In this document: positions 31,401 through 38,153 of the stretch, piece by piece
Layout: every line of letters begins with the position of its first letter
Numbering within the stretch: the stretch's first letter is position 1
NCBI GenBank assembly: GCA_050250375.1
Contig: JBFWOS010000002.1
Location: 453,149 to 517,148, forward strand
Length of the DNA: 64,000 nucleotides
From: Candidatus Omnitrophota bacterium
Lineage (GTDB): Bacteria > Omnitrophota > Gorgyraeia > Zapsychrales > Zapsychraceae
Reading direction: 5' to 3'
Position numbers and translations under genes: made by a program
The notes under the pieces: model-generated
Database searches by the model: none
Told to the model about the DNA's origin: nothing
The model's input: only the letters and a program-made list of their open reading frames with translations

Positions 31401-33950
31401 CCCGAGCCAGTCATTGGTCTCAAATGATTTTCGCAATTGTTGTCCGCGCAGCCGCTGGATGCGGTATTCCAGTTCGATCTCAAGGGCATTGGCGCTGTTG
31501 ATCGCACCTTCCAGCGCGTTTAACGCCGGCACCGGATGGCGGATGCCGTCGCGGGAGTTTCCGGTCAGGAGCATTCCGGCAACGAGGATTTGGACCTTGA
31601 TCAACAAGCGTTTGTTGCGGATCGAATCGAGATTCAGACGGCTTAGTTCCGCCTTATTTTTACGGATGTCCGCCAGTTCAATCATGCGCGACAATTTGCG
31701 GCGGTTGTCTTTTAATTCTTTGAGGGCCTGGCTGTAAAATTCGTAAGACTCACCGGAATGGATCTTCACCGGCATGTCGGAATAAAGATTTCTTAACTGG
31801 TTGACCAGCATCTGCTCGCGCAGTTCAACCGCCTGATATTGTTCCGGGGTAGACGCTTCACGGCGTTGGGCGATGATCTGTTCCAGTTCCCCGTACAGGA
31901 TGCCTAACTGCTGGCGGATCTCGATCGAGGCGCGGCGTTCGGTCTCGCGTTCATTCTCTTCGCGTTCCGGGACTTTCCCCCACGCGGGGACCCTGATCTC
32001 CAGCCGGTCTTCCGTTGACATCATGGCCTGGTCCGAGTGGTCGATATTCAGGCTGATCGCGGCCAGCAGGTTTGACAGGCGCATGTGGACCAGTTCCGCC
32101 AGTCCCACCCGCTTGAGCAAATCATTCCCGACGGCATCCGGCAGTTCCAGATAAAACCCGGTGAATTGCCGTTTGATGACGGTCAACTGCGGCGCCTGTT
32201 CAGCCGGCTGCGCGGTTGAATCCGCGCGGAAAAGCGGGACCGTTTTTAATTCCCCGGCAAGATGCTGCTGGATTTCCCGGATTGAATCGACATCCGCGTC
32301 CGCGGCCGGTTCGTCCGGATCGTGTTCCCAGAGCGTGATGACATCCGCGCTGACGGTTTGTCCCCGAGCGTTTAAAAATTCTCCGGATTTGAAGATGTCC
32401 GGTTTATAGGTTTCATCCGCGATGGTGATGCGGTCGATCATTTTTAAAATCCCGTTTAGAAGTGATTTCTTTTTGGCGGAGGATAATAAAGCAGAATCAC
32501 CGCCGGTGGGAAATAATTTTTGTCCGCCGTAAACGACCTCAATGTGGACTTCATTGGCCATGGAATACATGTTGAACTGGCCGAACTGGTCTTTGGTTTT
32601 ATTCCGCAGTTTCCCGGCGACCAGCGTCAGGATGATGTTAAACGCGGTGTCGTGCGGGAATTGGGCCAGCAGTTCACTCCGGAAAAAGACTTTGATATTC
32701 TTGGCCGGGTCCTCTGAGGCGATCTTTCTGGCCGCCTCAATGTGAAATTCCAGATCATCTTCGTTGACGAAAATGGCCTGGTCCGCGCTCTGCAGTCCGG
32801 CATAAGTTGAGACCGTTTTAAATTCTCTGGTCGCGGCGGCTTTCTGTAGGGCGTCGGTCAAGCCGGTCTCGAGTTTTTTCTCCGACAGCTGGGCCATGTC
32901 CACCCCGCCCGAAAAGTACCGGCGAGGAATCGTCTCGTGGCTGACCGCGTCAATATCTTCTTTAATGTAATCAAACACGCCGCGTTTGAAGGCCGCGATG
33001 TACTGGTTATAAATTTTTTCCTTGATATCTTTTTCCGCGAGGTCAACCCCGCTGATCTTGTTCTGGTCGACATAAATCCGGCCGAGCACGCTCTCTTTCA
33101 GGTTCTTCTTGTACCACGCGGCGAGGATCAGGGAATGGAACATCTGGCGCAGCGGGGCGAAATTTTTTCCTTCATTGATTTCCCGTTCGATTTCCGGGAT
33201 CAGGACCTCCCGGACAATATCACTGTTAACGCCGGTGCGGATCGTTTCATCCGTTGCGGCCGGCGCGTCCATGGCGGAATGGTGTTCCAAAGCGAGGTAA
33301 TCTTCTTCCAGCATGACTTTAAGGTGGCTGTCGGAAACAAAGACATGGTTGTCGTTGACAAAGACTTTGGCCCGTTCCGGCACAATCCAAATTTTATTAA
33401 AGGTGTTGAGCGGGATATCGGTGGTCCCGAATTGGCTCTGTGCTTTGCGGTAGACACGGTCCCAGAATTTTTTTCCCAGTTCGTCTTCCGGATAAAGCAT
33501 TGAGGCGCTGAGCTGTTTTAACAGGTAATCCTGCGCGAGCATGTCCCGGCCCATCGCGGTCTGGCTGAGCGGCTGGGCGATGATGCGGTCTTTTTCATAA
33601 GGCGAAAGGTTGACCCACATCTGGTCTTCCGGCACGGTCAGCGCGGCAAAGAAATAATTGATCAGTTTTTGGGATTCAGTCCTGAAGGCCTCTCCGGCCA
33701 GGCGGTCATCCCCGGTATCAATGAGGAAATCCACGTTTAAAGGATCGGCTGTGTCAATGCGCATCCCCGTGATAATCGCGGGGGTAAAGACGGCGCTGGT
33801 CTGGACCATCAGCCCGGGCTGGGGCAAAAGCACCATCTGGGCATAGGCCAGCTGCGGGGCGATCATGTTCAGGCAGAAACACACGATCACGGACCAGATC
33901 ACGCACCGGCGGCTTAAACGTTCAAGAGTTTGTTTGAATGGTTTACTCAT
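19485..33950 (-). CDS. Giant modular exported protein (4821 aa), family member 1
   Basis: Uninterrupted ORF; signal-like N-terminus; conserved N-domain to YFSGG; ThiS-like, DUF89/ARMT1-like and two Glu/Leu/Phe/Val dehydrogenase-like domains; C-terminal GGVDFN domain. Confidence 0.9.
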   Translation of the reverse strand: MSKPFKQTLERLSRRCVIWSVIVCFCLNMIAPQLAYAQMVLLPQPGLMVQTSAVFTPAIITGMRIDTADPLNVDFLIDTGDDRLAGEAFRTESQKLINYFFAALTVPEDQMWVNLSPYEKDRIIAQPLSQTAMGRDMLAQDYLLKQLSASMLYPEDELGKKFWDRVYRKAQSQFGTTDIPLNTFNKIWIVPERAKVFVNDNHVFVSDSHLKVMLEEDYLALEHHSAMDAPAATDETIRTGVNSDIVREVLIPEIEREINEGKNFAPLRQMFHSLILAAWYKKNLKESVLGRIYVDQNKISGVDLAEKDIKEKIYNQYIAAFKRGVFDYIKEDIDAVSHETIPRRYFSGGVDMAQLSEKKLETGLTDALQKAAATREFKTVSTYAGLQSADQAIFVNEDDLEFHIEAARKIASEDPAKNIKVFFRSELLAQFPHDTAFNIILTLVAGKLRNKTKDQFGQFNMYSMANEVHIEVVYGGQKLFPTGGDSALLSSAKKKSLLNGILKMIDRITIADETYKPDIFKSGEFLNARGQTVSADVITLWEHDPDEPAADADVDSIREIQQHLAGELKTVPLFRADSTAQPAEQAPQLTVIKRQFTGFYLELPDAVGNDLLKRVGLAELVHMRLSNLLAAISLNIDHSDQAMMSTEDRLEIRVPAWGKVPEREENERETERRASIEIRQQLGILYGELEQIIAQRREASTPEQYQAVELREQMLVNQLRNLYSDMPVKIHSGESYEFYSQALKELKDNRRKLSRMIELADIRKNKAELSRLNLDSIRNKRLLIKVQILVAGMLLTGNSRDGIRHPVPALNALEGAINSANALEIELEYRIQRLRGQQLRKSFETNDWLGNRVRTYRLGTFDIDVDEKDGQDEPTVLVRQKRPINVHTRLDQIRLQANRGEIAQALEKIDELTGLYSLHYLVTLERYKNITQDLKDLKDVISRLTPGQKLEAGEIKDDIKSRVESLTANIHFPKQMVWSDVPYRGLRKAFDGQVKKIASELAQYMVVLKNKTDLTYYAKKLKEADQRKERGRKTPLSQHNREVMIEKLRELQQWTGRGFVVPKIFATIDLAPVITLIEADDFKRAEAHLQGVIAQLDKRLKDIDRIAAHLKVSATSLFLEFRDDDITQRIEGIGLLIKEGEYISARDLLTELNQEYFDLAHVEPGLIRAAKRIQTSIRLLSAETPDAAAARQLTRVVALIKEDIRHKTKFKINITNERKEARVYFVEPGTTVQGLLNIGKRDPKRVSVKVDGKKIGRTYLDRTRLLDEARVIIHADQAMEADTTTDNDDGFLRAFLRTDPVSPIFVQEPGDYLPGRRLYGDPMVRKRVQEHLRGYLEIALRHGKRPAGNARQMLDNFLSRESLNQLTLREIEEVGYDYIKELANVREPMSNYKTKALDIALEFLPQLQAYVEQSRGGYERGLRAVELALKGNITSSTEFRRRILEGDPRSLEEYIQSYLNEDILYHQRDTSRLVAELMEKEPKNVVYLFDNIIEYIYDLPLILFILKGGHSVTLVGKAVEADNDVTADDIKTLLYLDEVKQYFGKHATSGQIRVISSGSKTRGTDLRRATPDFVRAWDKADIIISKGEGNRGTLLTPAGLTKDVYFITFSKAQYEVEDIPIGLGAVEFVSADGAMLGDYTRYLGRLLHVNPSFVAFALGDTLDLKRLLDNWDEFVKKKGISPELDEQMVLMMVEALNRFGRPYDSNNLIQFFAQRSNRLRQHLTISPRAGTTTIWLNAPVDSLELDYPNGFFATLIYLIGNSIDWGRFIDLIETAAGPMDPQLRNMIYNKELALPFNLFNANPSRPYTKRYFNSFAELTDFYRADEASEVALLWGSRLLIEDVFGDANEIIFDRFNDGMKPTAIHAVGGHFFDASIIRRIVVLEEPLLDEAMVGTADQRRSARRTLQRKILAAGGDDRVFGWIKNETNDKATELFIRDGDFSIVIDRTNERINVTPADQAMLSRIDKDREYSARELHANIEAIEQMLMVLSPNHKDIDYNGITGFYDIGHPPKPIRMFSLWLSDNSRRYTPIEPKLIYEILAALSRDFDVQTYTLKNKEEVTQAFLGFPKDKLPTQQVELDFIKEVFMWLVNRQAMLQAMSVKIVADPLRPEVIQTEIKPAASGMAKRLYMLPDDFYQAYKSKMHPFTSIDIRRANTEEMTNLALLQIIPHQDGYEFLVRTQDGQEISITDAARIYAPDFAMLGEDDSRPPDMAGDKFKSEKLFISDIRHQRENRSGLDTALKDLVTPAGRDVLLAATQFLEIFGHKEGGKLFDGIAARKELAENPAVAAVLNRYLTDKNLEAEVLAEIGKTKTLWLRLLFELGFKNIKSTSIDSVLRQEDDPVAVVFDGESLTKDPQVKAVVFTYKAGYFYAITQIVDHEDGKGDLAEGGLRYKIPQERTKHGKFVVSDRAAFEIFKDAYTETDLISRSKYYRNTITQTPYAGAKTVLVVHPDAVNIKSRHLKGFATAMVDAGLASRYVIGTESGMTAKDQNTLSEAINQRYLQHLQYELEMIKSKVGENLSSLTTTEYGGLLADLEQGTVRGKFLQEPLIDVLRQRVVALAPLGRQNGGTSLVKLFNSKLKDDLARTIGAATTGLLTKEDDISLKEWSLAAYSTAMSVEAIIDYLKLEKHGTKIGIKGATTGGSLALMLTRLGYKVVAIEDIHGTVYNPEGFSTVELQRLESININQRNVTKWLPEENGVQHLSNGAILDKDQVDLDIFISAAPGRTVNPNNIAKMRGNNDQPGRQPLIYLEAGFNSFEGFEKQLAEKGILALKSTSIGFGGAYGSWLEDFIKHRFTSEQLQRYILRTEKSDIVAESNPVINEQVDLTGESASGQLIIENGRVVGSNIPDLVVGMSVDINTGRVHSHGIDLNYRVTNLQRTVIWGNYLVVQNQDNVIVKSNHPGLPAGLPVRFINPLDEIQETAYNDIAGIAFRMNTMVLELVRRGFTPAQAARKIADLISAKKERLEHSKDTYIIQVISDVIDHLNREGYFFPPYLARKIAIKRLVVASDLGITLDGKHYIFNALGRLEEQNESETEDGYGNIRFESAKRGTYDISIGQAVAAEKAHDRQVRQGAPSIFQRHQLPSLYSRIGIADDQMPEAEQTAGTIEEQGLGKAAASKKRETNPEAVRYIHDQREQKMNRSGLDQAIPDVAAARRDILLGTTQFLEILSHYESKQGKGPVFDSIEARKELVAHPDIARAMIGFVYQDVKEKEIRGMLERAETRWLTVLFERGIKLIKQTNADINMREKNEAIALRFDGVKMTGIEIKKEIIFIYLPDRFYAITQLVDISKADHTKGGIRYAEPVARANDPLKRNVDEVAFDIMKGAYNDLNNLSVSQYSKNVLAGIGYAGAKTYFGVSQDALPLKDTLLKAWATAMVDVGLMEVYDGGPDVGMSSANQETIIAGIIKRYTDHLKNEIELLRAHGVDLYSLTLAQYGRALKEIEVENGSLFLKDSLMERMRERLILALPNGRENGLFIPEKVFTGQLADEIQKIIGSAVTGGSARVGAISHVDLAVTGHSTLSSIQAIINYKGLDPSKLKVAVIGAGDVGGSIALKLAREGYIVVAISDINGTVYKPEGFTLEELQNLNNVQPGDRNVLQWMPERIGVEHLAGTDILNKEIVDIDLLVPAAMGGVINDKTIDLLRGKGDVAGRDPLIIIEGSNNAFVGMEAKLAAKGILAVSGMSVNFGGVKGSTKEAMLKHLLTVRELREITLKKTDGSVIRTSTRTQVNETIEILNEDGTQKLGTLVINNGNVVKSDIKGITIGANLDPDEGRIYNRGDDLGYRSGAVQRAVTWSNFLVRLDENGKVTASNHPDIKTGETVEFVDPMDAIKKELYAEIEAIATRNNIMVMELTSLGMNPTEAVVKLANALGIRKAEIYEASEGPDADRREIIVHKFKQDGYFMVDHIARNIASIQLASEGELSVEAAGKVVTFDADGRIKDHAMMGEIARATISQSADFYESVIVPVMTAVQKSYQQDYSFRKTNKAGKIDRVIIYTENPDKLKTDSEAQNHFNRSVRFAEVFTVHFNTRNSKTPLKVTTETLPLFERDEEGRWSESVQTVVSLQHVNATGLKFYLNSDFYLRGLAKLIFNAFMKELGIGDDQSMLAENLQDLERNVVSTAAAFKEESNGRKNRVSPVLIAAELDYLFTNMIDNKDKDIQRRAAQLYRFGAMTTQRSASLNGDPFREFLHHWMTVLQPNERLFRRYLKNLARGELFHFLIQTNDPERPRAITGQDIADQQEAGDSPEFVRLADAFINLIQLRKNLNQAALIDLANKLLNVPPYYPDSAMQAEDRDSVHFVYGNHLTMARHRDKIRDSVQAADIIVLEEIDEGSALSREYQNVADQNGMTADQLLQSFKTPDPLFKSPRTILKAIENSGKIIAGSRAPQAGWKEQLLGLNRELVQSVRNLTGDPDAAIEHFKETIQSIADLHYRRDMALTEQIRDLHIQYPGKKIAVIRGASHTLPVFHLEHATRSYLDQEGKEILFDPGVTLMRKYYYERAGILDHSKISETDILAALAYTVWEVSLTEEQIVQLNLAMVHEVFKKINNRALIRDLGESLRFAGISNNFEQPNDAPVVNQTFYIWLKANHLVSPVELNLLFADQAMTADKVLLEYLNGATPDVLSEQEELYKPATQAKISAELREKGISVSFNSMAEFLGTTVTVQIGYEGHDVDFVPSHLTIRHKSFATVGDLADALKKTVRSDEAMTSKDLGGVDFNTKNMRLEETGEHIRFENGLMPMIPAQINGIQPVIINITPVTNLYLLLGLNTPDETPADAVSKPVPQKTPSSADYPMEKITRQKLSSASARDLAFIR

Positions 33951-34001
33951 AGTTCTAAATACGGGACAAAAAAACGGCCCGTTAAAATGACAAAATCATA
34001 G

Positions 34002-34107
34002 AACTAAAGTTATGTTTGGAATTTTCTTTCGATTGGGGAATTTGGAATCAGATCATTTTCAGATCTGAGTATGAAATAAGTATATTATATATATATACCC
34101 TTGTCAA
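34002..34107 (-). promoter_or_regulatory. Promoter and conserved two-box leader of giant gene 1
   Basis: TTGACA-17-TATACT (34107-34079); leader boxes at 34031-34050 and 34002-34013 also occur upstream of giant gene 2. Confidence 0.7.
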
Positions 34108-34134
34108 TTTTTAATACAGGGGAATTTTTTTCGG

Positions 34135-34878
34135 TTACGGCAGGAATTGGGCCCATTGTTTTTCGACTGTTTTGGCGTCCGTTTTTAAACCAAGGGCCAT
34201 TTCCCGGGAAATCTTGTCCGGGAAAATATCCTCTTCGCCTTTTTCCAGGGACTCAAGGATATTGTTGACCAGTTGGGCGGGTGATGTTTTTTCCAGCTGA
34301 AGGTCTTTCGTCATCTCGGTGTCGGTTGCCCCGGGATAAACACCGGTGACGATTGTTCCGGCGGCAGCCAGTTCACCGCGGAGGCTTTGGGTCAGCGAAT
34401 GCACCGCCGCTTTGGTGGCCGAGTACGTCCCTAAGGCCGGGATCCCGACCAGTCCGGCGACCGAGGAAATATTGATGATCTGTCCCCCGCCGTTCCTTTT
34501 TAAAACCGGCTGAAAGGCGCGCACCATATTTAATAATCCGAAATAATTGACCTCCATTTCTCCCCGGGCGGAACGCATGTCCGGCGCGCCGACGAGCGCG
34601 GCGTAATCGGCCCGTCCCGCGTTATTGATCAGCACGTTGACATCCAGGGCGGCAGCCGCGGCAGCCAGGACTTCACTTTCGTTGGTGACGTCCAGGCGAA
34701 CGGGTTTGATCCGTTCCGGTGCAAGCGCGGTCAATTCTTTAAGGGATTCGATGTTCCGGGCCCCCGCGTAGATTTTTTTGACGCCCCGTTTGATCAATTC
34801 TTCCGCAAAGGCCTTGCCGATCCCGCGGTTGGCCCCGGTGATCAGGACGATTGAACCTTGGATATTAAATTTTTTCAT
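34135..34878 (-). CDS. Short-chain dehydrogenase/reductase
   Basis: TGANRGIG, NNAG, YSATK; true start MKKFNIQG overlaps the upstream stop (ATGA). Confidence 0.92.
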   Translation of the reverse strand: MKKFNIQGSIVLITGANRGIGKAFAEELIKRGVKKIYAGARNIESLKELTALAPERIKPVRLDVTNESEVLAAAAAALDVNVLINNAGRADYAALVGAPDMRSARGEMEVNYFGLLNMVRAFQPVLKRNGGGQIINISSVAGLVGIPALGTYSATKAAVHSLTQSLRGELAAAGTIVTGVYPGATDTEMTKDLQLEKTSPAQLVNNILESLEKGEEDIFPDKISREMALGLKTDAKTVEKQWAQFLP

Positions 34879-35726
34879 GAGGCATTCCTTTCTGAAAAGG
34901 CTGATTCCCAGCCGTTGATGACGGATTTTCGGTCGGCGCCCCAGCGGTAACCGCCGGTCTCGCCTGTCTCTTTGATCACGCGGTGGCAGGGGATGATGTA
35001 AGCGACCGGGTTTTTTCCGATGGCTGACCCGGCTGCCCGGGCCGCCCGGGGGTTGCCGGCCATGGCCGCGATGTGCGAATAACTCACGAGTTGTCCGCGG
35101 GGGATCTTGAGCAGGGCCTCCCAGACCTTGATCTGAAAATCGGTCCCCCTGATCTGAAGCCGGATCGGTTGTCCGGGAATAACCTGTTGATTGAAAAATG
35201 CCTGAACCGTTTTGGCCTGATTCCCCGGCTCTTCTGCCAGCCGCGCGAGTGTCCAGCGGGCTTTTAATTCTTTCAGCGCGCCGGTCCGGTTCGTCACAAA
35301 ACTCAAATGGCAAATGCCTTTGCAGGTTTCAGCCAGCAAAAATTCGCCGAACGGGCTGGGATAAAAACCGTACTGAATGCGGGTGTCCTTCCCTTTGTTT
35401 TTGAACTGCCCCGGGCTCATGGCCTCGATCTTTACAAACAGGTCGTGCAGCCGGCCCGGACCGCTCAGGCCCACATCGTAGGCGGTGTCGAGGGTGGATT
35501 GGCCTTCTTTCAAAAGTCTTTTGGCGTGTTCAATGGTGAGATACTGGACAAACGCCTTGGGGCTTACCCCGGCCCAGTCTTCAAACATGCGCTGGAAATG
35601 AAATTTGCTCAGGCGGACCTGCCGGGCAACCTCCTCCAGGGAAGGCTGCTGCCGGTAATTTTCTTTAAGATATCGGATCGCCGTCTCAATGCGGGCGTAA
35701 GGAGTAACTTCGTTCATGGAGATCAC
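34875..35726 (-). CDS. Ada-like bifunctional AraC-HTH / methylated-DNA--protein-cysteine methyltransferase
   Basis: QPSLEEVARQVRLSKFHFQRMF HTH; GTDFQIKVWEAL; IPCHRV active site. Confidence 0.92.
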   Translation of the reverse strand: MISMNEVTPYARIETAIRYLKENYRQQPSLEEVARQVRLSKFHFQRMFEDWAGVSPKAFVQYLTIEHAKRLLKEGQSTLDTAYDVGLSGPGRLHDLFVKIEAMSPGQFKNKGKDTRIQYGFYPSPFGEFLLAETCKGICHLSFVTNRTGALKELKARWTLARLAEEPGNQAKTVQAFFNQQVIPGQPIRLQIRGTDFQIKVWEALLKIPRGQLVSYSHIAAMAGNPRAARAAGSAIGKNPVAYIIPCHRVIKETGETGGYRWGADRKSVINGWESAFSERNAS

Positions 35727-35837
35727 TATAACTCAAAACCGCGAATCCTCCAATCCGATTCTTGCGGTGCGGAAAAATTTCTAATGGTCAAATCATTCCT
35801 GATCTTATCGGATGGGGATGTTCTGCTTTGGTCAAGA

Positions 35838-38144
35838 TTATGCGGACTGCGGTAACTTCACCGTAAAAGTCGTTCCGTCCCCCACCGTGGATTTCACTTC
35901 AATAGTACCGCCATGATTCTTGATGATTTCATAACAGATGCTCAACCCCAGCCCCGTTCCCTGTCCGATGGGCTTGGTCGTAAAAAACGGATCGAAAATT
36001 TTCTTTACGGTCTCGGGAGCGATGCCGGTCCCCGTGTCCGTGATGTCCACGCAAACATGCCGGTCCTCCGCGTACGTTTTGATGTGAATCTTTCCCTTCC
36101 CAACGATCGCGTGGCAGGCATTCACCAGGATATTGAGAAACACCTGGCCCAGCCGCTGCGGGTAACAGCGAATGGCCGGCGTGTCGCCGTAGTCTTTGCT
36201 CAGCTCGGCTTTGTATTTTATTTCGTTGTGCACGATTTTTAAAATGTCTTCGATGACCTCTTCGATTTGGGCGGTTTCCATGGAGGCGTCATGGTCGTCC
36301 CGGGAAAACACCCTTAAATCCAGCACGATTTTTTTGATCCGTTCCAGGCCCTGGGACGATTGCTTCAATAATTCGGTGATGTCGCCCCTGATGAAGTCCA
36401 GGCCGGTTTCCCGTTCGAATTTGTTGAGCGCGTCCACCGTCAACCGGGCCTTGCCGATGTCCCCGGCCTCAATGTGTTTTTTGATGTCATCAACGACCTG
36501 AAGGATTTTTGTGTAGACCTGAACATATTCTTTGAGCGCGTCCATGTTGGAACTGATGAACCCGACGGGGTTATTGATCTCATGGGCCACCCCTCCGGCC
36601 AGTATGCCGACCGTAGCCATCTTGGAAGACTGGATCAGCTGGGCCTGGGTGGTCTTGAGCTGGTTAAAGGCCGTTTCGAGCGCTTCCTGCGAGTGTTTGC
36701 GTTCGGTGATGTCACGGTCGACGCCGCGGTAACCGGCCAGGCCGCCAGTGGCATCGAGGACCGGGACCGCAAATGTTTCGATGATGACATTCCGGCCGTC
36801 TTTGTGCGCCTTGCGGTTGAGGAAACCCTGAAGAGTTTCTTTGCGTCCGAAGGCGTCGAACGCGGCCTTGCGCAGCGCTTCTTTTTCCCCGGACAAAAAG
36901 AAATCATAAAAAAAACGGCCCAGCACTTCATCAGGGGCATACCCCAGGATTTTTTCGACCAGCGGGCTTGAATATGTATACCGGCCCTGCGCGTCCACTT
37001 CCCAGATCCAGTCCCCGGTGTTGGCCGCGATGTCTTTAAAGCGTTTCTGTTCATTTTCGAGCACGGCGATGGAAACCGTGGACTTTTTTAATTGGTGCAC
37101 CATCGTGTTGAAGGCCAGGCCCAGGTCGCCGATTTCATCTTTGGAAACAACCTTCACCTCCGTTTCCAGGTTGCCCCGGGCGACCGTTTCGCTCGCGCGC
37201 GCCAGGGATTTGATCGGCCGCAGGATATTGGTCGTCAGGATCAGGGCCAGGATACCGATGATCAAAATCGAGGCCAGGACGATCAGGGTCAATTGTTTTT
37301 TCATCTGGTGAATAATGCTGTAGACCTCGTCTTTGTCCTGGATGATCCCCAGCCGCCAGCCCTCGACGCGGTACTCCTGGCTGCCGTCCAGGGTGGTATA
37401 AAAACAGATTTTGTCCGTCTTGTCTTCGTCCGTGAACTCAATGATCCCGGACGGACGGGCGAGCAGTTTGTCTTGTAGGCCGTCGGGTTTGATCTTGGAC
37501 AGGATTTTTTCCTTGTCCGGGATGGAGACGATTTTCCCGTTGGCGTCCGTGATGAAGACAAAGCCGGTGTTGCCGATCCTGATTTTGTCCGTGACCTCCC
37601 AGATCCGCTCCAGCCCGATTCTACCCGCGAGCACGGCGATGACCTCGCCGTCCTTGCCGAAGACCGGGGCCGTGACCACCATCACGAATTTGGTGGGGTG
37701 CGTGATGACGTGCACCGGCGAAAACATTATTTTTCCCTTCAGCGCGGCCTTAAACCAGGCTTTGTGCCGCCAGTCTCCCCGGAAATCATATTTCAGGGTG
37801 GCCAGGATGACGCCGCTCGGGTCGATGAGTGAGATGTCGTCAAAGGCCCGGAACAGGTCGGCCAGCTTCTGCATCTCCCGGGTCTTGTCCTCCAGCGAGA
37901 CGTCGGTTGAACTGATCAGGTGGCTGCCGGCCAGCAGGCGGATATGCTCGACGGCATCGGAGATCTCCGTGTCGACGATGATCCCCAGCGTTTCGATGAG
38001 GTTCGACGCCCCCTGCGTAATGACGTCAAGGGTATTGTCTTTTTCCTGCCGGTAAAACAGATAAGAAACGGTCAGCAGCGGCACAAAGGCCACGACCAGA
38101 AAGAAGATGATGATCTTGGTGTACAGGCTTTTTTTTAGAAGCAT
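35838..38144 (-). CDS. Sensor histidine kinase (dCache-HAMP-PAS-HisKA-HATPase)
   Basis: Two TM helices; DEIGDL HAMP; DWIWEVD PAS; GVAHEINNP; DTGTGI, FFTTK, GTGLGL. Confidence 0.93.
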   Translation of the reverse strand: MLLKKSLYTKIIIFFLVVAFVPLLTVSYLFYRQEKDNTLDVITQGASNLIETLGIIVDTEISDAVEHIRLLAGSHLISSTDVSLEDKTREMQKLADLFRAFDDISLIDPSGVILATLKYDFRGDWRHKAWFKAALKGKIMFSPVHVITHPTKFVMVVTAPVFGKDGEVIAVLAGRIGLERIWEVTDKIRIGNTGFVFITDANGKIVSIPDKEKILSKIKPDGLQDKLLARPSGIIEFTDEDKTDKICFYTTLDGSQEYRVEGWRLGIIQDKDEVYSIIHQMKKQLTLIVLASILIIGILALILTTNILRPIKSLARASETVARGNLETEVKVVSKDEIGDLGLAFNTMVHQLKKSTVSIAVLENEQKRFKDIAANTGDWIWEVDAQGRYTYSSPLVEKILGYAPDEVLGRFFYDFFLSGEKEALRKAAFDAFGRKETLQGFLNRKAHKDGRNVIIETFAVPVLDATGGLAGYRGVDRDITERKHSQEALETAFNQLKTTQAQLIQSSKMATVGILAGGVAHEINNPVGFISSNMDALKEYVQVYTKILQVVDDIKKHIEAGDIGKARLTVDALNKFERETGLDFIRGDITELLKQSSQGLERIKKIVLDLRVFSRDDHDASMETAQIEEVIEDILKIVHNEIKYKAELSKDYGDTPAIRCYPQRLGQVFLNILVNACHAIVGKGKIHIKTYAEDRHVCVDITDTGTGIAPETVKKIFDPFFTTKPIGQGTGLGLSICYEIIKNHGGTIEVKSTVGDGTTFTVKLPQSA

Positions 38145-38153
38145 CTTTAACCG

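Noticed and set aside
19485-33950. Inteins, RTX/RHS repeats or NRPS/PKS modules explaining the giant size
   Set aside because: No intein splice motifs, GGxGxD or YD repeats, or condensation/ketosynthase motifs were recognised by eye.
34879-35313. N-terminal extension of the 392-aa SDR ORF
   Set aside because: It is an alternate frame of the Ada-like gene; SDR homology starts at MKKFNIQG (34878).
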